DNA of 64,000 nt. Source: Macrostomum lignano. Its lineage: Eukaryota. Below the pieces are notes generated by a model. It was not told the DNA's origin, searched no databases, and worked only from the letters and a program-made list of their open reading frames with translations. The stretch covers positions 62,001 through 126,000 of the forward strand of contig NIVC01001143.1 in the NCBI GenBank assembly GCA_002269645.1, read 5' to 3'. Below are positions 1-30,134 of the stretch, one piece after another (position 1 is the stretch's first letter; every line of letters begins with the position of its first letter). A program made the translations under genes and the position numbers.

Positions 1-180
1 AAGGTCACTTTGCGACAGAGAATAGGCCTATCAAGTGCTATACATAGAATGCAAACAAGCAATAAGAAAGTGAAGCTGATTTTTGCGTGCAATATTTTTA
101 TCTGGGCACTTGCCTTTGGGCCAGAAATGGTAATCTAATGAATAATTGCTGGAAGCAGTGCCATATACTAAGCTCAAAAT

Positions 181-368
181 CAGTAGCGCAACCAGAAATT
201 TTTCAAGGGGGGGGGGGCGGATTCTGAGGGTAAAGTCCCAGGAGGGGGGGCGGCGAAGGGGTGGCTGTTTTTGGCGAAAATTCGCTTGGTCCCCCCTTTG
301 ATTTTTTTCAGTCCCCCGCCTAAGGGGGGGGCGACCGCCCCCCGCCCCCCCCCCTGGTTGCGCCACTG
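181..368. mobile_element. hAT-type MITE, 188 bp
   Basis: 15-bp TIRs CAGTAGCGCAACCAG / CTGGTTGCGCCACTG (1 mismatch); perfect 8-bp TSD CTCAAAAT at 173-180 and 369-376; GC-rich island in AT-rich DNA. Confidence 0.9.
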
Positions 369-1277
369 CTCAAAATAGATTATTAAGAGAATTGTTACAT
401 ATGTATTTGCTATTAACAAGTCGCATTAGCGAAAATAATGAACTTAATGAAATTATTTGGCCTATATAATTAACGAAAATAATTTGGCCTAATTTGTCTA
501 AGCCGTAAGGCCAAAAGAGAAATGACCGGCTTTGTGGTGAAATTGGCTTTACTTTTGTCCTATGCATTCCTTTAGCGGTTGGCATTCTATGTATAGCGCT
601 CGATATTCTCTGCCTTGCAATTATTTAAAACGCACAAATAAAAATTGCCATGAAATTTTTTTTATATGATCTAGATTTTATCTATTTTAGAATCAGAAGA
701 CACATAGAACTTTGGTTTTTAATGTATGAATAGATAATAGAATAAAGTTAACTGACTCGACGATCGATCGACAGTGTCCGACACATAGATCTTTATTCTA
801 AAAGAGAATAACGCTCGATATATATATTCTCTGTATTCTAATGATCTATGATCCGACATTATTAAAAACATAGAAACAACTCAGAAAAACAAATACTCAA
901 AAATGGTGCCTTTTATAGCGTTGCTAAAAATAAATTGCTTTATTTTTCATTTTATTAGATTTACTGTCTATTTTTTTTTTGTTTCAGGAACTAAATCAAC
1001 TACATTTAGAAGTCATCTTTGCATTTTTAACAAAGAATAAAGAAGCGTGTTTTACATTGCCTAGTCAGAATTTAGTATCAGCTTAGAATGATAGATAATG
1101 GTTGAAAAATGCTAAATATTAGAAAGTATTTCTTTTCAAAAATTGAATTTTGTGTACAATGACGGCAAGTTTTGAATGACCTCGAGGAAATTGATTTAAC
1201 GTTCATTCCTATGATTCGGGTAAAGTTTTCAACAATAGATTTTTTAATATTAAACCCTAATCATATAATTTCACTAA

Positions 1278-3027
1278 ATGGAATCAAGCGGAGCATCAAA
1301 CAGTTCAAGCCCAGGAGGTACTGCACCAAATTCGTCTCCGAGCTTTACTCCACCAATTAAAAGTGAACAGCTCCCTGTTGGAAAGAAGCTGACTAAAGAT
1401 CTTGTGTTGTCGAAGTCTAAAGGAGGGAGTCTCATTGAAATTAAAAAGATCGTTGTATGGTATGTTATTTTTTGTTTCTTTGATCTTTTATAGAAACACA
1501 TAGCTTTGGTGGGGAAATTTCTCTTCCATTTGTGAATGTATACTCAACAACATTAACAAGTCGCCACCTTTGAGAGTGCGCAGCAAATTCTAGCTCAGTA
1601 TTGACTTTTGAGTGACACAACTTGCGCCACGCGAATTGGGCTAGGTGTGGAGGGATCGGGAGGAGTGGAGGGCGAAGATTGGACGGATTGAAGCTTTCGC
1701 CTGGTTTTAATTTTTTTCAAGCATTTTTTAAATATCAAAATAGTTAGGTGATGTGTAGACGCTGATCAAAGACACTGCTCACTGGGGCAAAGGTTGGCGA
1801 CTTCAATGTTCCTGAGTATATTTTAATTTAATATTAAAAAGTGAAAATTAATCAGAAATTTAATCGAAAGCTGATTTTTCTGGGTTATTCTTTAATGGAA
1901 AACCAGAAAGGTTTAACTGTAGCAGATTTTGTTTGAAAACATGCTTTTAACCTACCTGTTTTGCTATTTTAGGGGACAGAAGATCACAGACTGCAGTATT
2001 GTTACAGAAATACCTGAACTTGAGGTTGCATCTATGAAGTGAGTCAATATAATTTTAAATGACTTGATTGATTCATATTTTCTGTACACAGAATCATAAA
2101 AAAATATACTTTTTCTTTTAGTGCTAATAAGATTTCGAGTCTTGAGCCATTTGGCCAGTGCCCCAACCTCAGGGAGCTATTTTTGAGAAGCAACTGCATT
2201 GAAGATTTGCAAGAAATATTCTATCTAAAAGATTTACCAAATCTTCAAGTTCTTTGGCTAGCTGGCAATCCATGCACCAAGAATCCGAAGTACCGCTGCA
2301 CTATTGTAAGGAATCTTGAGCAACTACTAAAACTCGATGACATGGGTAAGTGAATATGCATTCACAATGGACACACAATCACCGCCAGTCTTTATAGAGA
2401 GCTATTTATAAATTTCGCTGCGGTTTTTCCCTCACAGAAATCAGCCCAGAGGAGCGGGCACGCAGCGAATCCGACGGCCTACTGTTCGAGCAGCCGCCAG
2501 CACGGCCGACTGCAGTTGAGCCGGCGGTAGCCAGCGAGCCTCCGCTGCTTCTGAACCTTGCTGAGCAAATGCGGCCAGCCGAGGACGTGAAGCTGAACGA
2601 GGCCGCCGTGTCGCCTCCAGAGGAACCGGCCTTGCGAAGCAAGGCTGCTGAGAGTGCCGCTGGGACCGGGGACGCCGAAGCTTCGTCTGCAGAGCCGTCA
2701 AAACCAGCACCAGCGCCGACGACCAGCGCCGACACGCCTGTCGTAATTTCTGAATCGTCGGCGGCAGCGAATTCAATGTCGCCAGCCAGCCGCCCGAGTA
2801 CAGCGGCGGCTGCAGGTGTTGTCGCGCCGCTGCCTCGCTACGCCATGACAGAAGTTCGTACAGCCGTGCTGCGCCTCATCCGGCTGCTGGACCAGGAGAG
2901 CCTGCAACTTGTCATGCACACCGTGCGTGCCCGCCTGCAGGAGGGCGCCGGCGCCACCCCCGACCAGCAGCAGCCGCCGCAGACCGCAGCCAGTGTATCG
3001 CCCTCCTTCTCCCTGGACAATCTATGA
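1278..3027 (+). CDS. CFAP410: Cilia- and flagella-associated protein 410 (C21orf2)-like LRR protein, about 353 aa; exons 1278-1459, 1973-2038, 2122-2345, 2438-3027
   Basis: Spliced translation gives KLTKDLVLSKSK..IVVWGQKITDCSIVTEIPELEVASMNANKISSLEPFGQCPNLRELFLRSNCI..LQVLWLAGNPC..YRCTIVRNLEQLLKLDD plus the C-terminal VRTAVLRLIRLLDQESLQLVMHTVRARL motif typical of CFAP410; all introns GT-AG and phase-consistent. Confidence 0.9.
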
Positions 3028-4191
3028 TTATATGAAACCACAATAAGCGCAAATATGTATAAATAAGAGTATATCATAGAACAAAGTTTTGCTTTCTACA
3101 TTGCATTACTTGTAGCATACGTTCAAATTCCAATTGAAATGTTTACTTTTGCTGGCCATCCCTTAAATTTTTATTCATCGAGTTTTCATGCAAGCCGCTG
3201 CGCAGATGTTTAGTTGGCCTTAGGAATTTTACTCCTCGCGACCCCTGTTTATTCCCAACTCGATCGTTTGCATTCTTAATCCTGCCTGTTCTCCGAAGAC
3301 TGTTTTACCGTGTGCACTTTGCTCGTATTATTGTAAGCAATAGGAAGTTTGCGCATTAAGGACACACGAAGTGGATTTCCCACTGCCCCCCCCCCCCAGG
3401 CTCAGTGGCATCTGTCTGCACGATGTCGCCTACACCGAACAATTGCTGGACAATTCGAACTGCACACTTTGATTGCATGATTTCCAATGAACCAGCCACA
3501 GGTATTTAATAAATAGTCGAACTATTAAAGCATTAGTGTGAAGTTGCCATTCATTGCACGAAATCTGCAGCCTGAGCAGATGAACAAATGATTTCTTTCA
3601 ACAATTGTGTTTGTCATCGATATCAGCGGTAACAGGACGTTTACCATCAATAGTACTCAAAAAGTACTAATTATGCTTTAATAACAACTTAGCATTTATT
3701 GCAGATCAAATTTTAATGATAATTACCGTAAAGCCAGAAGTGCGAATACTGAATGCACAGTGTTTTGTTCTGACAGTTCAGCGCTATGAACCGGGCGGGG
3801 TGACAAAATACAAGAGGTATTGCAGAAGTTTTCGGACTGTCTTTACTCAAAGCGACAGCAATGTCCAGACTCCAGATGAGCTGTAATTTTAGTCACAACT
3901 CCTCGCACACCTGCTCTGTTCGCAAAGCAGCTTTAAAGTGCATTCATCATTTTCCTTATCTTTAAAACTCAATAAGTTTTGCACAGCACTCCGGCTGTTT
4001 CTGCAGTTGTACTATTCAAGAGACCAGATGTGCGAGGAGTTGTGGCTCACTGGACACTCCTGTCGTTCACAGTCCCAAAATTCATGTAGCACCTCTCGTA
4101 TTAAATATAGGGTTACACACGGCAACCGCTACAGCGGTTACTCAATAAAGAAATGCTGATAGCGGATCTGACAACACAGCGCAGCTCAAGT

Positions 4192-5844
4192 TCAGAACTT
4201 CTTGCCGCTGGACACGCTGGCAGAGCCGGACGCAGGCGAGTCCGATGCAACCATGGCGGCCTTGTTGGCTGACAGCTGGTCCTTGTGCTCGCTAGACTCC
4301 ATGTCAGCGGACATCTCCGCCGGTGTCTGGGCTGCCGAGCCCTTCTCATCAGCTAATTGGCCGGCCCCCTCATCTTTCTTGGGCTGGTTGCGCGCCTCCA
4401 GCATAGCCTTGTGCTTCATGCCGCCCAGGTGGCAGTCCAGCGAGTCCTGCGTGTTCGTGAAGATTCCGCACACGTCGCAGCGAAATATTTTGGTCTCGGC
4501 GCTCTGCTTCTTCTCTACAAGGGTCCGATCCTGAGCGTTGGAGCGATGCTTCCTGCCCGAGTAGTGCTGGAACATCTGCACCGTGTTGGTGAAGGTGACG
4601 TCGCACAGTTTGCAGTACTGCGTGTCCAAGCCCTCTGGCAGCTCGGGCGTCTGCGAGTTGCCCGTGTTGAGCACGCCTGAGTAGTACTCGCCCGCTGGCA
4701 GGCCGTTCTCGCGCAGCTGCCTCTGGTGCGTCTTGCCATTGTAGTGAACCTCGGCCGTGACGATGGAATTGACGCCGGCCAGGCACAGGCTGCACCACTG
4801 GTTCTCCACCAGCTGCTTGAAATTGTGCGGCGCATCCTCGGGCAGCACGAAGTCGCGCCGACTGACGGCGGGCGAGGCCGCTTTTGCCGGATTAACGCGC
4901 GCAATTTTCGAAGCCTTGGAGCCCGAGGATGACGGCCAAGGTCGCTTGCTGGCGCCATTGCTGCCGCCCCTCTGGACTAGCCAGGGCCGACTGGAGCCGA
5001 ACGAATTCTGAGAATTCTGCGGCCGCAGATTCTGATGCTGTGGCTGCGGGAATTGGCGCTGCTTTGAGTGTTGAAATTGCTTTTTCTGCTTCTGCTTCTG
5101 TGGCTGAAACTGCTGTTGGGGCTGTTGAGGTTGCTGAAACTGCAGCCGAGGTTGCTGAAACTGCAGCTGAGGTTGCTGAAACTGCAGCTGAGGTTGCTGA
5201 AACTGCTGTTGAGGTTGCTGAAACTGCTGTTGAGGTTGCTGAAACTGCAGCTGAGGTTGCTGAAACTGCTGTTGAGGTTGCTGAAACTGCTGTTGAGGTT
5301 GCTGAAACTGCTGTTGAGGTTGCTGAAACTGCAGCTGAGGCTGCTGAAACTGCAGCTGAGGCTGCTGAAACTGCAGTTGAGGCTGCTGAAACTGCAGCTC
5401 AGGCTGCTGAAACTGCTGTTGGCGTTGTTGGAACTGCTGCTGCTGCTGCGGAGGCTTATTAGAATTTTCACGCTGGAAGCCACCTCGAGTGGCGCTACGG
5501 TTGGCGCCTCGAGTGGCGCCACGACTGGCGCCTCTGCCTCGGCCGCGAGAATTAGCGCTGGCGCCAGCGGCCGCTGAGCCGAAGCTCGCAGGATTATGCG
5601 AGAAGCCGCCAGATGGGGCATTGGGAATCCAGGCCAGGTTGTGAGGCTGAAACCCGGATTCAACTCTGTCAGAATTTGGCTGGCCGAATTGCGGCTGCGT
5701 CTGGCAGATTGGCGGATACGGTCTGGGCAAGCCGTCAGCCTGGAAGCTCTGGTAGTTTCTGCTTCCCTCCAAGTTGTCAGAGGCAAAGTCATTCATGGCA
5801 GGATGAGAGCAGGGCTGCAAGTTACTGAAAGTGCAGTGAGACAT
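4192..5844 (-). CDS. Intronless RGG + Q-rich protein with three matrin/U1-type C2H2 zinc fingers (ZNF385/ZMAT/ZNF346-like); start may be the ATG at 5796
   Basis: 550-aa ORF with fingers CSLC..HYNGKTH, CKLC..HYSGRKH, CDVC..HLGGMKH; RGRGRGASRG/RGG segment; QFQQP repeats. Confidence 0.85.
   Translation of the reverse strand: MSHCTFSNLQPCSHPAMNDFASDNLEGSRNYQSFQADGLPRPYPPICQTQPQFGQPNSDRVESGFQPHNLAWIPNAPSGGFSHNPASFGSAAAGASANSRGRGRGASRGATRGANRSATRGGFQRENSNKPPQQQQQFQQRQQQFQQPELQFQQPQLQFQQPQLQFQQPQLQFQQPQQQFQQPQQQFQQPQQQFQQPQLQFQQPQQQFQQPQQQFQQPQLQFQQPQLQFQQPRLQFQQPQQPQQQFQPQKQKQKKQFQHSKQRQFPQPQHQNLRPQNSQNSFGSSRPWLVQRGGSNGASKRPWPSSSGSKASKIARVNPAKAASPAVSRRDFVLPEDAPHNFKQLVENQWCSLCLAGVNSIVTAEVHYNGKTHQRQLRENGLPAGEYYSGVLNTGNSQTPELPEGLDTQYCKLCDVTFTNTVQMFQHYSGRKHRSNAQDRTLVEKKQSAETKIFRCDVCGIFTNTQDSLDCHLGGMKHKAMLEARNQPKKDEGAGQLADEKGSAAQTPAEMSADMESSEHKDQLSANKAAMVASDSPASGSASVSSGKKF
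5103..5450 (-). repeat. Coding 21-bp minisatellite encoding Q(Q/L)QFQQP heptads
   Basis: About 15 near-perfect 21-bp units inside the zinc-finger ORF. Confidence 0.95.
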
Positions 5845-7354
5845 TTCTACAGCTTGACAGTTTTATTAAGTAGGCATTATAATATTAGATTGCACAAAAG
5901 ACCAGCAAATTTCAGTTGAAAATTGTTTCTTCATGTTTTCATTCAGTAGAACGAAAGTTAATTGCATCATTGGAAGCAGCAATGAAAGTAGAAAGCAATG
6001 AAGTAATTAGTTTAAGGTAAATATACACTTGTGTTAAGCTAAGCTTGTGTTATTGTTCTATTGCAAGAATGAAATAACTAGAAGATTTTAGCTAAAAAAT
6101 TAAATTAACTAACCTTCAAAATAACTATGCTTATATAGTTCAATAGTTCCTCTACTAAAATCGCCTTTGTTAATATAAATAGCAAAGTTAAGGAGACAAT
6201 ACCTAATATATCTATTTGTATGTCAAAATTAAAAATGCATGTAATATAACATGATTTTGTGGTTGTCAGATATTGTTAAGGTTCAAAAAGTCTAATTAGT
6301 GTCATCAAATAGATTTACTCTGTAGCTACTATAGCCAAAAGAGAAGTCAAGCAGTATATACAATTTTAGTTGTTCATTATAAATAGACAAACCTAAGATT
6401 AGCCACAAAATAAATAAATAATGCTAGTTTCAAAGCTTTTGTGAGGGAGCTCTTAGGTCTTTGGGGTCAGGGACTTAACAACCCTTATAGTCTCAAAGAT
6501 GGCCTATGGCTATATACTAGAATTCTTAGTATACATAATAGATTTACAAGTAGGGCTTAGCATATATTGATATATTGATTATTATAATTAATGCATCTAT
6601 CAATTTTATAATTTTGAAATACAATAATTGAGTGATAATTGAGTATATATTAGTATAATTATAATGTTTACAGATTGTTTCTTGTTAGTTGAAAGTTGTT
6701 CATATAATGTCAAAAAACACTTGCAAAAAATTAATCTATAGTTGCATTTAAAAAATAGGCCTAAATAAGTTCAATAATAAATAACATAGTTTTATTCATT
6801 TTGCTTATCTTGAACTTTTGCAACTTTTTGGCATGCATACATTTCTAGGGCAAAAATAGGTATATATAAACATATAGTTTTCTCAAAGCCACTTTGTTCT
6901 AATGTGCATCTAATGTCTTTGAGACTATGGTATGGGCATTATGTAGTTTTGTTAATAGGGGCTAAGATGGCCTAGGATGAATGCCTTCACTTTAACACAA
7001 AAGGCCTACTGCGTAGGGAATAGACTAGAGATTTTCTATAATTATATATATTACATAGTTTGAATAATAAAGGCAAAAAATAAGATAAATGCAATTCTAA
7101 CCATTATTATACAAATAAATAGTCTAAAAAATAATTGGTAAATATCATTAACTATGGCTTTAAGTATTTCTGCAATAAAGAAAGAAAGCTAGCTTTGTTT
7201 GGCATATTTTTAGGCACTTGTCAAGTTTTGTTCATTAAATTATTTAGACTCCATTATATATCTAACTTTGAAGTTTTATTTGGCCAATATGACGTAGCTT
7301 TTCTAAAAAAATGCTACTTAGTTGCCTCTAGTTGCAACTTAATTGCCTTTGGCC

Positions 7355-7679
7355 CTGGGTTTTTTGGGCCATATAGGGTTTTTTGGCCCCCTAAAAATCT
7401 TATTGGCAACTGGATTTTTGGCATCAGAGGCCAATCTGGCAACTTCATTTTCCCAATGCCAGTTGCCAATTTCAAAAATGGTTTTTGTAAGTGTAAAAAA
7501 AACAGAACTGTCTCATTCCACGCAATTATACAGTGCATACATGTTTAATGAGCCTTGGAAATATTCATCCTCAAGAATTTGGCTAGTTGCTAATGGGCAA
7601 CCAAAAATAGCCATTGACAACTGGATTTTGATCCCCAGGGGCCAGCTAGCAACTGGATTTCCAACTTAAAAAAACCCAG
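7355..7679. mobile_element. MITE with 8-bp TSD (hAT/P-like), 325 bp
   Basis: TIRs CTGGGTTTTTT / AAAAAACCCAG; direct repeat CTTTGGCC at 7347-7354 and 7680-7687; internal GCAACTGG/CCAGTTGC motifs. Confidence 0.75.
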
Positions 7680-9943
7680 CTTTGGCCTCTATTATAACCA
7701 AGGTTTGAACTATGCTAAATGTCCCCCTTTCTTATACCAAACTATGCTAGCATACTAGACTATGCTTATATTTCTAAAGGCCAATCCATACTAGATGCTA
7801 TTTGCTATAATGGCCATAGGCTACATTAGGGCCTTTGGCTATGACTTAGTTGCCTCTATTCTGGTTTTAATGGGTCTCTATTTTTGTTTTTTCCTTTTAT
7901 TTTCTTAGGTTTTTTCTCTGCCTTTTGTTTTCTATCTTCTCTTGCCTTTTTTCTTTTTTCTTTTTTTCATTAATTTTTGGGGGTTGGCTTTTTTGTAACT
8001 TACCATAGTCCCAAGTATGCAACTTTAATTTAAACATGGCACTGTTTGTGCAAAGCTCACCAAAAAACTTTTTTGACTCTTTGCTACATGCAGTGCACGT
8101 GGTACTAGACTGCCTGGAGACCTTGTTGCACGCTAGAACTTCCCCACAAAATAGCATCTTTGGGAATATGGTAGCCAGACCTCTTGCTACCTGGCTGAAT
8201 TAGCTAAGTCAGCTGGGTATTAGGCATATGATAATGATATATATTTGATTCCAAGAAATTAATCTATAAACTATTAGTATTTCAAATGGTAATGTAATGG
8301 CTAAAGTTCTAGTATTGGAATCTGTTTTCTAATGGCTATGGATCTGGCAGTCTTTTGCAGGCAGTTATCTACTAATGAAGTCTTTGAACATTAGAAGTAT
8401 CTTGTTTTGAATGTCATCATTTCGTTTTGATCTTATCTTAAACTAAATCCCAATATCAACTACCAATTAAAAAAAGTAAAATGTTTCTGCTATATTATAC
8501 CCATAAATTGCACTACTGGAATACCATTGCCAGATCTATAGCTGTTAGAAAATGGGTTCTGGTGCCGGAACTCTAGCCATTGCCATTTCAAATAGGCCTT
8601 ATTATAACTAGGCCTACTGTATGAAATTGATGAAAAGCAATTGACAATTTGTCCAAAAGACACTTCAATTGAATTAAGTAAATAAGTATTAATTTATCAG
8701 TACCTATCCATTTAATTTTTTTTCAACGTGGGGTTGAGCCTTAGGCCTATATATAACTATAGAGTTTAAGATAATACAAGAGTAAAGACCAAAAATGGTG
8801 AGTAAAAGGTATTTGCTCCATATAGGCCCTAACTCAAGCTGAGTTTAGAGATCTTATAAACTCGAACTCGCGCATGATTTTTGCGTACTATTTTTGCTTG
8901 GACGTAGTAGTAGTAGTAAGAAGTAAGAATTTGGCTCAGACAATTAGCCTGTTTGGCCAATATATTATAGCATAATAGGGCAATAGTAGTAGTAATTTGA
9001 CTCAGGGGAGGAGTCTGTTTTGCCAATGATTCAATGTATTTAATATTTTCTCAAAAGGTTGATTATTTTTACCTGATCGATGAATACAGGTTACGATTTT
9101 TGTATAAGTAAGGTCGTCTGGAATTTATTTTTACGGTTTTTTCGAACGACTTAACGACTGTACAACGATTCATATAATTTAATAGGACGGTTAAGTTCAG
9201 TTTAAATTTTAAATACTTTTAAGTAAGTTATAACAAAAACAGCTAACGAATATTTCATTTAAAGAATTAAAGGTAACAAGATATAAGAAATAAATATAAA
9301 AGAGCTAAAATAGCACTTTGTATACTTTTTATTTGCAAATATTTTAATATTATTTTTCACTGATGAACACATGTCTCTTTCAAATTCTTTGCATTAGCAT
9401 ATTTAACCAAGTTTCACCCGAGTAGATCCGTAACAAGAAGTTGTATAAAATATTTTCCTTTGATGTAAACATGCTCCATTTTATTATCAGTAAAGTATAA
9501 ATTAAAGCGATTAATTGGTAAGTTTAAAGTATTTTTTTTAAGGATCAGAATTGTTTTTAAATGCTGAGACTTCGCATTAAAAAATCTATCTCTCTAGCTA
9601 GACGGATATTAGTTGTTCGCACCTAGAAAAATTACTAAAAATGCTTCCATTTTATACGCTTTCTTTATTTTAAATGGCTTGATGGCCTAATAGGACATGC
9701 CTTTGTCGTATTTATGTGTGTCAGTTTAACGAAGTTATCAAAATCATTAGCTATAAATTTGGCAGAAGATGATTTAGGTAGGCTTCTTCGTTTGGTTAGA
9801 AAAGATGTTTTTCTGTCTTGCTACTTCTTAACATTATTAAAGCTGCATAAATAATGAGTTGATTTCGGAAAAAATAACTCTTAAATCTAGTTGTTTTAAA
9901 AGGCAACCATTGCTGTTATTTAAATTGTAACAGAAACTGCTCA

Positions 9944-27328
<17,385 letters not shown>

Positions 27329-27684
27329 CTGCTTAGTCAAGCAAAACTTCTTTCCTCAGATTAGATTTCTATACTGCTACTGGCAGTAGAGTCATGCGCT
27401 TCGAGCGCCATTTTATTTGTTAAAACTGTTTCAACTGCCAGCCATGGCGATCCTAAACTGCGCGTCAGAAATATATAGCTTAACTCTGCTTTGAAGTTTA
27501 CTAAGATAGATCTTTTCGTATTTTGCACTGAATCGGTGCGTTGCCTTTCTTTCAAGAGCCCAGCGTGCTAATCACGGTATGGGTTATTCACAATGAGCCA
27601 CTTGAAATGATGAGTTAGTCAAAGCATCTCAGACTGCTTTAGGGTCAAGGTGTACATGCCTGACAACTGACGAGAAATTCAGGG

Positions 27685-28636
27685 CCTGAGTGTGTGCCTG
27701 AGTGTGCGCCTGAGTGTGTGCCTGAGAGTGTGCCTTAGTGTGTGCCTTAGTGTGTGCCTGAGTGTGTGCCTGAGAGTGTGCCTTAGTGTGTGCCTGAGTG
27801 TGCGCCTGAGTGTGTGCCTGAGTGTGTGCCTGAGTGTGTGCCTGAGTGTGTGCCTGAGTGTGTGCCTGAGTGTGTGCCTGAGTGTGTGCCTGAGTGTGTG
27901 CCTGAGTGTGTGCCTGAGTGTGTGCCTGAGTGTGTGTGCCTGAGTGTGTGTGCTTGAGTGTGTGTGCCTGAGTGTGTGTGCTTGAATGTGTGTGCCTGAG
28001 TGTGTGTGCTTGAGTGTCTGTGCCTGAGTGTGTGTGCCTGAGTGTGTGTGCCAGGAGTGTGTGTGCCTGAGTGTGTGTGCCTGAGTGTGTGTGCCAGGAG
28101 TGTGTGTGCCAGGAGTGTCTGTGCCTGAGTGTCTGTGCCTGAGTGTCTGTGCCTGAGTGTGTGTGCCAGGAGTGTCTGTGCCTGAGTGTGTGTGCCTGAG
28201 TGTGTGTGCCTGAGTGTGTGTGCCTGAGTGTGTGTGCCTGAGTGTGTGCCTGAGTGTGTGTGCCTGAGTGTGTGTGCCAGGAGTGTCTGTGCCAGGAGTG
28301 TCTGTGCCTGAGTGTGTGTGCTTGAGTGTGTGTGCCTGAGTGTGTGTGCCTGAGTGTGTGCCTCAGTGTGTGTGCTTGATCGTGCGTGCCTGAGTGTGTG
28401 CCTGTGTGCCTGAGTGTGTGTGCCTGAGTGTGTGCCTCAGTGTGTGTGCTTGATCGTGCGTGCCTGAGTGTGTGCCTGTGTGCCTGAGTGTGTGTGCCTG
28501 AGTGTGTGCCTCAGTGTGTGTGCTTGATCGTGCGTGCCTGAGTGTGTGCCTGTGTGCCTGAGTGTGTGTGCCTGAGTGTGTGCCTCAGTGTGTGTGCTTG
28601 ATCGTGCGTGCCTGAGTGTGTGTGCCTGAGTGTGTG
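27685..28636. repeat. CCTGAGTGTGTG(TG) satellite downstream of TRPM
   Basis: 12/14-bp units with larger duplicated blocks at 28350-28620. Confidence 0.95.
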
Positions 28637-29039
28637 TGCTGCCTTGATTTTCGGCGGTGTCCAAAGCCTGGCTGCAAACTCGGGATGAAGATAGCAGAAT
28701 CTTTAAGGCTTGGTCGGACTAAGTCGGATGCAGGCAAGCCTACAAGTTGGCAGCCAGCTCGTCGCGTCCCCATATGGTTTGTCAGCCATAAATTCAGATG
28801 GTTGGCTAATTATGCATTATTTATGCCCCCGTGGATGCTGAGGCATGCATTGTAGCATTTTTTTATTTTTCTTTTTATCATTCTTTTGTCCCTGACGTCT
28901 ATAAGTTGGTCCTCGGCAAGCGGGTTGTGACAATAGAGAAGCAGATTCACTGACTGCGCACGACTCAACATGGCCGGGTCCTCTCTGCTGCCGCTCATCT
29001 TCGCCCTCGTCTGCTTTGGTAATTTGCAGCCTGACTGCT

Positions 29040-29907
29040 TCTGATCTGCCAGCTGACAATGTCCACCTACTAGCATTCCAGAGTGTGTTGTTGTTGTTGT
29101 TGTTGTTGTTGTTGCTGACGGCCAAGCTGGGTCACCTGGTCCTTGAACCTACGGGGGCAATCTGGCTGCAACATGGCACAGCCAGCTGCCATTGTCCCAC
29201 CCGCCTCCGGACAGGGGCCCTGCACCACCGCGCCAACGCGCGAGTGGGCAGAGGGCATTTCGGCGGGCCTGCCACCAGGTCCACCAGGGTCACTCCCAGC
29301 GAGGCCGTAAAACCAGCCTTCGTGTCCGTGGCCAGCGGACCTTCCACCCCACGCCTGACAGTCCAGCACTGGTGGCCAGCCCCGATGGGGTCGAACCAGT
29401 ATCTGGAGCTAGCTGGTTGTGAGGCCAGAGTGTGTTGCAGTCCTGATATGCCAGCTGACAGTGTCCACCCACTAGCATTCCAGAGTGTGTTGCAGTCCTG
29501 ATATGTTAGCTGACAATGTCCACTCACTAGCATTCCAGAGTGTGTTGCAGTCCTGATCTGCTAGCTGACAATGTCCACTCACTAGCATTCCAGAGTGTGT
29601 TGCAGTCCTGATATGTTAGCTGACAATGTCCACTCACTAGCATTCCAGAGTGTGTTGCAGTCCTGATCTGCTAGCTGACAATGTCCACTCACTAGCATTC
29701 CAGAGTGTGTTGCAGTCCTGATATGTTAGCTGACAATGTCCACTCACTAGCATTCCAGAGTGTGTTGCAGTCCTGATATGTTAGCTGACAATGTCCACTC
29801 ACTAGCATTCCAGAGTGTGTTGCAGTCCTGATCTGCCAGCTGACAATGTCCACTCACTAGCATTCCAGAGTGTGTTGCAGTCCTGATCTGCCAGCTGACA
29901 ATGTCCA
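29040..29907. repeat. 55-bp minisatellite (minus: GACATTGTCAGCTGGCAGATCAGGACTGCAACACACTCTGGAATGCTAGTGAGTG)
   Basis: About 8 copies at 29420-29907 plus an isolated copy at 29040-29100; each contains a GTGAGT-like donor. Confidence 0.9.
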
Positions 29908-30134
29908 TCTTGATCAGCCGCGTGTCCAGCGAGAACAGCAACTTAACGTCCAGCTGTCCGGGATCCACAAGATGCAGATCCTACTTCCCGCTTGGGGTGA
30001 GCGCAGCTCCAAGGACGTCGCCCTGCTTGAAAATAGCTTATCTGAAAACAATTACACCCCCAGCCATCCCAGCGATGATGCCTCATAGAGAGTGGGGAAC
30101 TGCAATTACCAGCTGACAAAGCCTCTCTAACAGA

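Noticed and set aside
4929-5792. Overlapping ORFs (AETAAEV, LLKLQLR and FSNLNSS repeats)
   Set aside because: Alternative frames of the 21-bp coding repeat; only the zinc-finger frame has domain content.
5900-9900. AT-rich intergenic region
   Set aside because: Apart from the MITE at 7355, I found no supportable gene or structured RNA.
28970-29044. Plus-strand signal-peptide-like ORF MAGSSLLPLIFALVCFG
   Set aside because: 24 codons with no supported downstream exon; overlaps the antisense of the damaged gene's 3' region.
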